Notes: generated by a model from the sequence alone, not told the origin. Positions 16,801-24,383 are shown, counted from the first letter of the stretch. The stretch: DNA of 32,000 nt from Delftia acidovorans NBRC 14950 (GCF_001598795.1 NZ_BCZP01000004.1:300001-332000), one strand, 5' to 3'. Numbers and translations are program-made.

Positions 16801-17639
16801 CGCTGTCGGCCAGCGTGCTGGAGAAGGACCGCAGCGACGCCAGCGCCGCCGGCATGGACGGCTTTGCCTCCAAACCGCTGGACATGGCGCGGCTGCAGGC
16901 CGAGATCGCGCGGCTGCTGTCGCTGCAGGTGGCGCTCAAGGAGGCCAGGCCGCCCGCGCCCGCCAGTGCCCAGGCGGGGCTGCCCGATGTCACGGTGGAC
17001 TGGGCCTCGGGCATTGCGCTGTGGGGCCGGGTCGATCCGCTGGTGGCCGCCATTCGGCGCTTTCTGAACGAGCAGCTTGATCTGGCCGATCGCCTGCGCC
17101 GCGCCCTGCAGCGCCCGGGGGCCGAAGCCCTGGTGGGCCTGGCGCACCGCGTGCGCGGCGCGGCAGGCAACCTGGGGCTGCAGGCTGTATACCGCCTGGC
17201 ATCGCGCCTGGAAGGCCATGCGCAGGATGGCGCCCCGCAGCCCCAGCTGCTTGCCCTCATCGACCAGTTGCAGCAGGCGCTGGATGCCGTGACGCAGGAG
17301 CTGCGCCAGCGCCATCCGGCCGCCATGCCGGTGGCCGAGGTCGCGGGCCAGGCGCTGCCCGGCGGCACGGCACCGGCGCCGCCCGTGACCGATGCCGGGC
17401 CGCAGGGCGGCGCGTCCTGCCTGCCGGCCGATGCCCGGCCCTGGCTGGAGCGCATCGTTGCCGCATTGCAAAGCGGGGAGCTGGACGGGCAGGCCATGCA
17501 GGCCCTGGTGCGCATACTGACGGCCGAACAGCTGCAACCACTGCAGCAGGCACTGGATAATTTCGACTTCGAGCGTGCGCAGGAATGCGCCCAGCAGCTG
17601 CAGCAGCAACTGCCCTCGATCGATGGAGACAGAGCATGA
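13869..17639 (+). CDS. Hybrid sensor histidine kinase: MHYT (3 motifs) - 3x PAS - HisKA - HATPase_c - REC - Hpt, about 1256 aa
   Basis: MHYT-type motifs WAMHFIGMLAF, GSMHYIGMAAA and SCMHYAGLYAL sit in an N-terminal multi-TM region. H-box SHEIRTPMN (His codon 15858-15860). N/G boxes NLLGNAVKFT, DTGIGI and GGTGLGTTIS. Receiver LMDLQMPGMDG (Asp codon 16707-16709). Hpt HRVRGAAGNLG (His codon 17145-17147). Start taken at MNWDEIF (13869); an alternative is at 13848. Confidence 0.9.
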   Translation: MNWDEIFVLGWAPHPQWFQWLHPGLVTLSVVVAVATSMMAMQIAGLARNAASPRIRRTGVLTGAFCLGAGIWAMHFIGMLAFVPCTFGDYDPWITALSMLPSMLASWLALTLMVRPRLSAQALVGGGVLMGLGIGSMHYIGMAAAQTWSLMLYDPWGVLLSVIVAATMAMLSLWVRFRLGNTGRLWPTLVAGIVMGLAISCMHYAGLYALRLKPGIDALAQQEAPTHALLVFSIVGVVVLIFGLVLAVNMTLRYRQIYRQVQRSESRLRAVVDTAVDGIVMIDGRGSIVSFNGAAERLLGWTAQEVLGRSASLLMPASGCDGEGGSLEKQLAAGFAGLLGSSRDVHALHKDGTQIAVRLAVGRVAIAGDPLFVGFVTDIRERRQMLQSLRRSEEQYRTLINNVPGTTFRCLYDGKWTPLLLSRSIKELTGWTEQDFTDGLTGWDRLIHAEDRDRLEAAVSHSLSRRQTYNADYRLLHRDGSTRWVSETGRGVFNEHDELTWIDGVIMDQTAARARNAEFEGTVRAIDLSLATIEYDLLGQVLRANRNFLDLFGYRLDEVAGRHHGMFCEPGYAHTPEHVQFWRRLAEGEFQAGEFLRCGREGRRIWVQATYNPIRDADGRPYKIVKLLTDISAQRKLAQELVLAKEHAEAAAAARSTFLANMSHEIRTPMNAIIGFTEALRETALQPTQARYLDTVHYAARSMLRLLNDILDTAKLDKGAVELEIEDFSVRELCQQILASLRITADRKGLDLRLDYDPHTPAALRGDGMRVQQILVNLLGNAVKFTERGHVLLRVRYEQGVLQLDVHDTGIGIAPEKIHRIFDPFAQADASTTRRFGGTGLGTTISRQLAELMGGSIQLHSTVGVGTVFEVRLPLPVGESPLSERGAASRGLPPLHILAVDDVPENLELLQINFSSQNHQMALAHDGAEALRCVQAQEPPFDVVLMDLQMPGMDGLAAARAIRVWERQLQRRPVPIVALSASVLEKDRSDASAAGMDGFASKPLDMARLQAEIARLLSLQVALKEARPPAPASAQAGLPDVTVDWASGIALWGRVDPLVAAIRRFLNEQLDLADRLRRALQRPGAEALVGLAHRVRGAAGNLGLQAVYRLASRLEGHAQDGAPQPQLLALIDQLQQALDAVTQELRQRHPAAMPVAEVAGQALPGGTAPAPPVTDAGPQGGASCLPADARPWLERIVAALQSGELDGQAMQALVRILTAEQLQPLQQALDNFDFERAQECAQQLQQQLPSIDGDRA

Positions 17640-18637
17640 ATGCGCCCAATCTACTGGCAACGGACAAGCGCCCGCGCCTGCTGCTGGTCGATGACGACCC
17701 GACCAACCTGCATGTGCTGCGCCAGATCCTGGGCGAGGACTACCGGCTCTCGTTCGCCACGGACGGGCGCAAGGCACTGCAGCTGGCACAGCACCAGCCG
17801 GACCTGATCCTGCTGGACATCATGATGCCCGAGCTGGACGGCTACGCCGTGTGCCGCCAGCTCAAGGCACATGCCGACACCGCCCGCATCCCGGTGATCT
17901 TCATCACGGCCCTGTCGGACGGGCAGGACGAGGCGCTGGGCTTTGCCTCCGGCGCGGTGGACTACATCGTCAAGCCCGTGCGTGCGCCTGTGGTGCGCGC
18001 GCGGGTGCGCAACCACCTGTCGCTGGTCAAGCTCGACGAGTTGCGCAGCACCCGCCTGCAGATCGTGCAGCGCCTGGGCCGCGCGGCCGAGTACCGCGAC
18101 AACGAAACCGGCATGCACGTGATCCGCATGAGCCACTACGCAAAGACGTTGGCGCTGGCGGCCGGCTGCACGGACGAGTGGGCGGACGACCTGCTCAACG
18201 CCGCGCCCATGCACGACGTGGGCAAGATCGGCATCCCCGACGCCATCCTGCTCAAGAACGGCCCGCTGACGGCCGAGGAATGGACGGTCATGCGCCGCCA
18301 TCCGCAGATCGGCGCCGAGATCATTGGCGAGCACGACTCCCAGGTGCTGCAGATGGCCTACAGCATTGCGCTGACCCATCACGAGAAATGGGACGGCACG
18401 GGCTACCCGCAGGGCCTGGCGGGCGAGGACATTCCGCTGGCCTCGCGCATCGTGGCCGTGGCCGACGTGTTCGACGCGCTCACCACGGAGCGCCCCTACA
18501 AGCACGCCTGGACCGTGGACGACGCCATGGAGCACATAGAGCAGCAGGCCGGCGCCCACTTCGACCCGCGCCTGGTGCCGCTGTTCATCGGCCTGCGCCC
18601 GCAGCTGGAAGACATACGCGAGCGCTGGAAGGATTGA
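17636..18637 (+). CDS. Response regulator with HD-GYP domain (RpfG-type c-di-GMP phosphodiesterase), 333 aa
   Basis: REC domain LLLVDDDPTNL...LILLDIMMPELDG (Asp codon 17816-17818). HD-GYP signatures HDVGKIGIP and HHEKWDGTGYPQG. ATG overlaps the kinase stop (ATGA at 17636-17639). Confidence 0.9.
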   Translation: MNAPNLLATDKRPRLLLVDDDPTNLHVLRQILGEDYRLSFATDGRKALQLAQHQPDLILLDIMMPELDGYAVCRQLKAHADTARIPVIFITALSDGQDEALGFASGAVDYIVKPVRAPVVRARVRNHLSLVKLDELRSTRLQIVQRLGRAAEYRDNETGMHVIRMSHYAKTLALAAGCTDEWADDLLNAAPMHDVGKIGIPDAILLKNGPLTAEEWTVMRRHPQIGAEIIGEHDSQVLQMAYSIALTHHEKWDGTGYPQGLAGEDIPLASRIVAVADVFDALTTERPYKHAWTVDDAMEHIEQQAGAHFDPRLVPLFIGLRPQLEDIRERWKD

Positions 18638-18731
18638 CCGCACCGGCAGCACCGATTCCGGCAGGGCATGCTGGGGCATGGGCCATCGCTTACCCTGGCG
18701 GGCCTGCCATCGGCGCTCAAATGACCTGTCC

Positions 18732-19256
18732 ATGTCTTCTCCCCCGCCCCTCGCTGGCCGCTTCCATGTCCGCGCACTGACCGCTGCCGACCTGTCCGAT
18801 CTGCTGCACATCCAGCTGGCCTGCTATGGCGCGGACTATGCCGAGAGCGGCGAGGTCTTTGCGCGGCGCCTGGCCAGCGCGGCGAACTGCTCGCTGGCGC
18901 TGGAGCAGGGCGGTCGGGTGCGCGCCTACCTCGCGGCCTACCGCAGCCGGATGGCCAAGATCACCCCGCTGCACGGTGACTTCGAAGCCGTGGAACAGGC
19001 CGACACCCTCTACCTGCACGACATGGCCGTGCACCCCGACGCTGCAGGCCAGGGCCTGGCGCGCGCGCTGCTGGCGCCGCTGTGGGACAGGGCGCGTGCC
19101 GAGGGCCTGCGCCACACGGCCCTGGTCTCGGTGCAGGGCTCACGCGGCTACTGGGAGCGCCATGGCTATGCCGTGCAGGCGCTGGTGAACCCGCTGCAGC
19201 AGCAGCGCCTGGACAGCTATGGCGATGATGCGCTGTACATGGTCCGGCCGCTGTAG
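18732..19256 (+). CDS. GNAT family N-acetyltransferase
   Basis: Acetyl-CoA binding motif LHDMAVHPDAAGQGLARALL and overall GNAT layout. Start at MSSPPPLAG (18732), or upstream at 18678. Confidence 0.8.
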   Translation: MSSPPPLAGRFHVRALTAADLSDLLHIQLACYGADYAESGEVFARRLASAANCSLALEQGGRVRAYLAAYRSRMAKITPLHGDFEAVEQADTLYLHDMAVHPDAAGQGLARALLAPLWDRARAEGLRHTALVSVQGSRGYWERHGYAVQALVNPLQQQRLDSYGDDALYMVRPL

Positions 19257-19354
19257 GGCGCGGTGTCGCGTGGGTGGCCGGCAGGGCGTGTTGAGGGCGT
19301 GTTGATGGGGTTTTGGCCGGGACGTGCTGGCCGCCTCTGGTCATAATGCGCGCC

Positions 19355-19846
19355 ATGCCCGATCGCTGGAAACCCAATGTCACTGTGGCGGCCATCATTG
19401 AGCGCGATGGCCGTTTTCTGCTGGTGGAAGAAGACACGGCCGATGGCGTGCGCTACAACACGCCCGCAGGCCATCTCGACCCGGCCGAGTCGCCCATCGC
19501 CGCCTGCGTGCGCGAGGTCGATGAGGAAACCGCGCACGACTTCGTGCCCACGGCCCTGGTCGGCATTTACCTGAACCGCTTCGTGCGCACGCGCACGGGT
19601 TCGGACATCACTTATCTGCGCTTTGCGTTCACGGGCGAGCTGGGCGGGTTCCGGCCCGGCCAGCCGCTGGACGACGGCATCCTGCGCACGGTCTGGATGA
19701 CGCTGGACGAACTGAAGGCCTGCACCGCCCAGCACCGCAGCCCGCTGGTGATGCAAAGCATCGAGGACTACCTGGCCGGCCGCCGCTACCCGCTGGAGCT
19801 GATCCATACCGATCCCAGCGTGATGCAGGCTCCGCAGCCCCACTGA
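19355..19846 (+). CDS. nudJ: Nudix hydrolase, NudJ-like
   Basis: Nudix box GHLDPAESPIAACVREVDEETA. From memory it resembles E. coli NudJ along its length (KPNVTVAAII..GRFLLVEE, N.PAGHL, RSPLV..SIEDYLAGRRYPLELI). Start at 19355 (MPDRWKPN) or 19346. Confidence 0.8.
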   Translation: MPDRWKPNVTVAAIIERDGRFLLVEEDTADGVRYNTPAGHLDPAESPIAACVREVDEETAHDFVPTALVGIYLNRFVRTRTGSDITYLRFAFTGELGGFRPGQPLDDGILRTVWMTLDELKACTAQHRSPLVMQSIEDYLAGRRYPLELIHTDPSVMQAPQPH

Positions 19847-19881
19847 GTCACCAAGGCACCGAGCACCATGCCGGCCCTGTC

Positions 19882-19908
19882 TGTCACAAAACGCCACGCT
19901 CCCGCGTC
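19882..19908 (+). promoter_or_regulatory. ECF41-type promoter motif TGTCACA-N16-CGTC directly upstream of the ECF41 sigma gene
   Basis: TGTCACA at 19882-19888, an exactly 16-nt spacer, and CGTC at 19905-19908, with the sigma ATG at 19917. As I recall it, this matches the target promoter consensus described for group ECF41 sigma factors. Confidence 0.5.
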
Positions 19909-19916
19909 TTGATGGC

Positions 19917-20858
19917 ATGCAGACCTCCTCCGCCCCTGACGATCCCCTGGCGCTGTTCGAACGCCACCGCCCGCGCCTGTTCGGCCTGGCCTACCGCATG
20001 CTGGGCCAGCGCGCCGATGCCGAGGACCTGGTCCAGGAAGCCTGGCTGCGCTGGCATGGCGCCGAGCGCGCCGGCATAGAGCAGCCCGAGGCCTGGCTGG
20101 TCTCCGTGACCACGCGCCTGGCCATAGACCGGCTGCGCCGCCTGCGCGCCGAGCGCGAGCACTACCAGGGCTTCTGGCTGCCCGAGCCCCTGGTCCAGCC
20201 CTGGGCCGAGGAGGCCGCCCCCTCGGCCGAAGACCTGCTGGAGCGTGCCCACGACGTGTCCACGGCCCTGATGTTCGTGCTGGAGCAGCTCACGCCCGAC
20301 GAACGTGCGGCCTTCCTGCTGCGCGAGATCTTCGATGCCGACTATGCCGAGGTGGCCCAGGCCCTGGGCCGCAGCGAGGCCGCCTGCCGCCAGCTCGTGC
20401 ACCGCGCGCGCAGCCATGTGCAGGCCGGCCGCCCGCGCTTTGCGGCGCCGCCCGAGGCCCATGCCGCGCTGCTGCAGCGCTTTGCGCAGGCCGTGCAGGG
20501 GGGAAACTTCGCGCAGATCCAGGCGCTGTTCGCGCCCGATGCCGAACTCATCAGCGACGGCGGCGGCAAGGTGCCCTCGTTCGGCCGCGTGCTGGAGACG
20601 GGCCGGCGCCTGGCCCTGCTGTACTTCGCCACCACGCGCCGCATGCGGCGCAACGGCCAGCAACAGAGCCTGCATCTGGCGCGCGTCAACGGCCTGCCCG
20701 GCCTGCTGCGCTGCATCGACGGCGAACTGGAGTCCGTGCAGACGCTGCTGGTCGAGGACGGCCTGATCCGCTGCATCTACACGCTGCGCAACCCCGACAA
20801 GCTGGCCGGCGTGGCTGTGCCGGCGCCACTGCCGTTCCCGGCAGGCCCTGCAGCGTAG
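19917..20858 (+). CDS. ECF sigma factor, group ECF41 / SigJ-like, with fused C-terminal SnoaL/NTF2-like regulatory domain, 313 aa
   Basis: Region 2 reads LFGLAYRMLGQRADAEDLVQEAWLRW. Region 4 reads LTPDERAAFLLREIFDADYAEVAQALGRSEAACRQLVHRAR. It has a long C-terminal extension ending with the RNPDKL motif typical of SigJ/ECF41. No anti-sigma gene is adjacent. Confidence 0.85.
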   Translation: MQTSSAPDDPLALFERHRPRLFGLAYRMLGQRADAEDLVQEAWLRWHGAERAGIEQPEAWLVSVTTRLAIDRLRRLRAEREHYQGFWLPEPLVQPWAEEAAPSAEDLLERAHDVSTALMFVLEQLTPDERAAFLLREIFDADYAEVAQALGRSEAACRQLVHRARSHVQAGRPRFAAPPEAHAALLQRFAQAVQGGNFAQIQALFAPDAELISDGGGKVPSFGRVLETGRRLALLYFATTRRMRRNGQQQSLHLARVNGLPGLLRCIDGELESVQTLLVEDGLIRCIYTLRNPDKLAGVAVPAPLPFPAGPAA

Positions 20859-20866
20859 TCAGATGG

Positions 20867-22081
20867 TCAGATGAACTGAAGATCGCGGGGCGTGACGCCC
20901 TCGAACACGCGCTGCAGCTGAGCCGGGCTCAATCCATACATGCGCTGGAACAGGCCGCCCAGCACGGCGCGGTACTCGTTGAGCACGGGATGGTCGCGGT
21001 TCTGGAACAGGTTTTTCTGGTTGACTTCGACCTGCTCGCCCACGATGCGACCGCCCGCATGCGAGGACAGCCCGCCGCCCAGCAGCCAGTAGGTCGTGCC
21101 GTGGCCGTGGTCCGTGCCCTTGTTGCCGTTCTCGCGGAAGGTGCGGCCGAACTCGCTGATCACCACCACCACCGTATGCCGCCAGGCCTCGGGGCCGATC
21201 TCCTGGGCAAAGCCGGCCAGGCCCCGGCCCAGCTCGTCCAGCCGCCCGGCCAGCGCGCCCGTGGCGCCGCCCTGGGCCACATGCGTGTCCCAGCCTCCCA
21301 CATCGACGAAGCCCAGGTCGAAGCGATCGCGCATCAGGGCCGCCATGCGCTGCGCCACCAGGGCAAAGCCGCGTGCGCTGATGGCATTGCGCCCGGCCTG
21401 GTCCATTTCCTCCTGCACGCTGCGCTGCACGGCATCACGAACCGCAAAGCCCTCCTGCACGGCCGGGCCCAGGGCCGTGCCCGCATACATGGCGGCAATG
21501 GCCTGGCTGCGGCGATCGTCCAGGCCGCCCTTGCCCACGGATGCCAGCGCCATGTTGGCGGCCGGCAGGCTGCCGCGCAGCAGCAGCGGAAGCTGGGGCG
21601 TGAAGGCCATGGGCGATACCGCCGTGCGGCCATCCTGTCCCAGCACCTGGGCCAGCCGGTTCAGAAAGCCCGACTGGTAGCTGCGGCGCCCGTCCAGGCC
21701 CTGGCCCAGCTCGATGGAGTCCTGCGTCTCGAAATGGCTGCGCGACAGGTCGTGCGTTCCCGCAAAGGGCACAAAGCAGGCCTGGCCTGCCTGGAACAGC
21801 GGGTGGATGCTGTCCTGCAGCACCGGGTGCAGGCCCCAGCGGTCGTCCAGCGCCAGGGCTCCCCGGGCCTCGCCGGGCCGGGCAATGGCGATGCTGGGGC
21901 GGACCTCGTAGTAGAAGTCGCTGTGCGTGGGCACGAGCAGATTGCTGCTGTCATAGGCGCCGCGCAGGAACACCAGCAGCAGGCGCGGCGTGGCTGGCTG
22001 GGGCGTGGCGGCCTGCAGCCGGCCCAGGTGGGCGGCAAGGGGCAGGGTGGAGGCCAGGGACAGAAAGTGGCGTCGCTGCAT
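20867..22081 (-). CDS. DUF1501 domain-containing protein (alkaline-phosphatase/sulfatase-like fold), Tat-signal, 404 aa
   Basis: Real start MQRRHFLSLASTLPLAA (twin-arginine motif; ATG 22081, GGGAG Shine-Dalgarno) inside track ORF 20867..22195. C-terminal SEFGRTFRENGNKGTDHGHG signature. Confidence 0.85.
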   Translation of the reverse strand: MQRRHFLSLASTLPLAAHLGRLQAATPQPATPRLLLVFLRGAYDSSNLLVPTHSDFYYEVRPSIAIARPGEARGALALDDRWGLHPVLQDSIHPLFQAGQACFVPFAGTHDLSRSHFETQDSIELGQGLDGRRSYQSGFLNRLAQVLGQDGRTAVSPMAFTPQLPLLLRGSLPAANMALASVGKGGLDDRRSQAIAAMYAGTALGPAVQEGFAVRDAVQRSVQEEMDQAGRNAISARGFALVAQRMAALMRDRFDLGFVDVGGWDTHVAQGGATGALAGRLDELGRGLAGFAQEIGPEAWRHTVVVVISEFGRTFRENGNKGTDHGHGTTYWLLGGGLSSHAGGRIVGEQVEVNQKNLFQNRDHPVLNEYRAVLGGLFQRMYGLSPAQLQRVFEGVTPRDLQFI

Positions 22082-22098
22082 GGACAGACTCCCGGGGG

Positions 22099-23676
22099 TC
22101 AGCGGAACATCATTTCGGGGGCGGACAGGAAGTAGGTATTCCAGTCCGCCGGATTGCGGGCCTGGGCCAGTGCCGCCTGCGTGGCCTGGCTCCACTGCGG
22201 CAGGCGCTGGCGCACGCTGGCCAATTCCGACAGCGTGGGGTAGGGCGGCTTCTCCAGCGCGTCTGCGGGGTCGGCGCGGAACAGCACGGCGCTGCGCGTG
22301 GCGATCTGGCGCGCCACCTCGAAGCGCGCCGCCATCTGGCCCGAGCTGGCCCAGTCGGACTGCATCTGCGGATAGCCGTCCGGCGTCTCGTGCGCATAGA
22401 GGTTCTGCCCCAGCCGGTTCACCCAGCCCAGCACCGGCGCCACGTCGGCCGCCACGCGCTGGTCCACCGACAGCCGCGTGGCGGCCAGCACGTAGTGCAG
22501 CGGATCGCGGAACTTGCGGCCGAAGCGGGCGGCCTCGGGATCGGCCAGCAGCGTGGCCACGGTGGCCGCGATATCGCCCCGGCTGCGCGTGAAGGCCTGG
22601 GCCGTGCGCTGCACCAGGGCGGGCGGCGGATCGTCGGCAATGAAGAACACCGCCAGCTTGCGCGCGATGAACTGCGCCGTGGCCGGCGAGGCGACGATGC
22701 GGTCCAGCGCCTCCTGGACCTCGGTCATGCCGCGTGCGTGCATGGGCTGGCCCAGGAAGGTCTTGGGGCCGTAGTCGTGCCGGTTGGGGTTGAACTCGAA
22801 AAAGCCCGAGCGCAGGTAGTCGCCCTGGCGCTCGGGGCGCATGCGCGGCGGCGGCGTGCCGACCGGCTGCAGGCTGATGCCCACGCCGGTCAGGATGCGC
22901 GCCATCTCCTGCACATCGGCCTGGGTGTAGCCGCTGCCCACGCCCATGGTGTGCAGCTCCAGCAGTTCGCGCGCGTAGTTCTCGTTGATGCGGCCTGCCG
23001 CATTGCTGGCGTTGTCCAGGTAGCGCAGCATGGCCGGGTGGCGCAGCGAGGCTTCCAGCAGGCTGCGAAAGCTGCCCAGCGCATGCGGGCGTATGGCCTG
23101 CTCCTCGTAGTCGCCCACCCAGGCGCGGATATCGGCCTTGCGCAGGCTGACGCTGAAATGGTTCATCCAGAACCAGGTCATCTGCTCCTGCAGCTGCGCC
23201 GGCGAGTACAGCGCACGGATCACGAAGCGCTTCTGGGCATCGTTGCCCAACTGGTTCAGCGTGCGCTGGTAGGTCTGCTGCAGCGTGGCCTTTTCATCGG
23301 CCGATGCCGCCTCCTGCACGGCCTTGCGCTGGGTCTCCAGTTCCAGCAGCACCTCGTTCATGGGGCGCTGGCTGATGCCCAGCTGGTCAATCCGCTGCTG
23401 TGCCTGCGGCGGCAGCGGCCGGGGGCCGGGCTGCAACTGCCGGGCCAGCCAGGCCTTGAGGCCCAGGCGCTGCAGCTGTGCCTCCTCGCTGTCGTTGGCG
23501 CCCCAGGTCACGCGGTCCAGCCATTGCTGGCGTTGCGCTGCGGTGAGCGGTGCCTCGGCCACTCCCTGCAGCGCGGCTGCTGCGGACGGCGGCGGGGCCT
23601 GCAAGGACGCACAGCCTGTGGCTAGGACGATGGCGGAGAAAGTGAGAGCGATGGCGAACGGCGAAGTGCGGCGCAT
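22099..23676 (-). CDS. DUF1800 domain-containing lipoprotein, 525 aa
   Basis: Real start MRRTSPFAIALTFSAIVLATGCAS (lipobox LATGC) inside track ORF 22099..23973. DUF1800 signatures FWMNHFSV and YLDN..N...INENYARELLELHTMGV..GYTQ.DV. It lies 17 nt upstream of DUF1501. Confidence 0.85.
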   Translation of the reverse strand: MRRTSPFAIALTFSAIVLATGCASLQAPPPSAAAALQGVAEAPLTAAQRQQWLDRVTWGANDSEEAQLQRLGLKAWLARQLQPGPRPLPPQAQQRIDQLGISQRPMNEVLLELETQRKAVQEAASADEKATLQQTYQRTLNQLGNDAQKRFVIRALYSPAQLQEQMTWFWMNHFSVSLRKADIRAWVGDYEEQAIRPHALGSFRSLLEASLRHPAMLRYLDNASNAAGRINENYARELLELHTMGVGSGYTQADVQEMARILTGVGISLQPVGTPPPRMRPERQGDYLRSGFFEFNPNRHDYGPKTFLGQPMHARGMTEVQEALDRIVASPATAQFIARKLAVFFIADDPPPALVQRTAQAFTRSRGDIAATVATLLADPEAARFGRKFRDPLHYVLAATRLSVDQRVAADVAPVLGWVNRLGQNLYAHETPDGYPQMQSDWASSGQMAARFEVARQIATRSAVLFRADPADALEKPPYPTLSELASVRQRLPQWSQATQAALAQARNPADWNTYFLSAPEMMFR

Positions 23677-23770
23677 GGTGTCTCGGTGGGTAGGGGAAAT
23701 CCATTGGACGCCAGCATCCTCCACCCATGTGCTTCGCCCTGTAAAGCGCCGGTAGCAAAAAGTAAAAGGC

Positions 23771-23804
23771 AAAAAAAAGCGGAGTGTGAAGCACTCCGCT
23801 TTTT
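23771..23804. terminator. Rho-independent terminator downstream of fur (bidirectional architecture)
   Basis: A8-AGCGGAGTG-tgaag-CACTCCGCT-T5. The 9-bp stem is 23778-23786 / 23792-23800. On the minus strand a T8 run follows the hairpin. Confidence 0.75.
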
Positions 23805-23819
23805 CTGAGGGACCCGGCC

Positions 23820-24245
23820 TTACTTGCTTGCCCGGCTTGCGCACTCCGCGCAGTGTCCGTACAGGGCCATCGAATGGTCCTGGATCACCCAGCCCTTGGC
23901 CTTGGCGATCAGGTTCTGGCGCTTTTCGATATCGGGATCGTAGAACTCCTCGACCTTGCCGCAGCTGGTGCACACGAAGTGGTCGTGGTGCTGGCCTTCA
24001 TTGAGTTCGTAGACGGCCTTGCCGCTCTCGAAATTGCTGCGGATGAGGATGCCGGCCTGCTCGAACTGCGTGAGCACGCGGTAGACCGTGGCCAGGCCGA
24101 TGTCCGAGCGTTCGTCCAGCAGCACGCGGAACACGTCTTCGGCCGTCATGTGGCGTTGCGCACCCGTCTGGAAGATCTCCAGGATCTTCAGGCGGGGAAG
24201 CGTGGCCTTCAGGCCGGTACTCTTGAGTTCGTCGATGTTCTTCAT
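23820..24245 (-). CDS. fur: Ferric uptake regulator Fur, 141 aa
   Basis: [25 protein letters not shown]....[13 protein letters not shown]...[24 protein letters not shown], and CxxC pairs (CTSCGKV, HCAEC). It is the C-terminal part of track ORF 23820..25532. Confidence 0.95.
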   Translation of the reverse strand: MKNIDELKSTGLKATLPRLKILEIFQTGAQRHMTAEDVFRVLLDERSDIGLATVYRVLTQFEQAGILIRSNFESGKAVYELNEGQHHDHFVCTSCGKVEEFYDPDIEKRQNLIAKAKGWVIQDHSMALYGHCAECASRASK

Positions 24246-24368
24246 GTCTGGGTCTTTGGCAGAGACTGCCCGCTGGACTGCCACCATGGCAGGCGCGGGG
24301 CGGCGAACAAAATGGCCCTGGTGCCAGGGGCGTCGCATGATCGCAAGCCCTCGGGACCAGCCGCTACA

Positions 24369-24383
24369 ATGATCCACGATCAT
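24369..24383. promoter_or_regulatory. Perfect 15-bp palindrome ATGATC-CAC-GATCAT in the fur/bamE divergent region (weak Fur-box-like candidate)
   Basis: Read directly from the sequence. It overlaps a TACAAT hexamer (24365-24370). It only loosely resembles the GATAATGATAATCATTATC Fur consensus. Confidence 0.25.

Noticed and set aside
15258-17789. 843-aa ORF antisense to the hybrid histidine kinase
   Set aside because: It is the mirror frame of a gene with unambiguous H-box, N/G-box, REC and Hpt motifs. Its translation is low-complexity and it has no recognisable domain.
23707-23734. Degenerate ECF41-like motif (AAGCACA-N17-CGTC on the minus strand) upstream of the DUF1800 gene
   Set aside because: Only 4 of 7 positions of the -35 element match and the spacer is 17 rather than 16. 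This is too weak to claim the DUF1800/DUF1501 operon as a target of the neighbouring sigma without experimental or comparative support.
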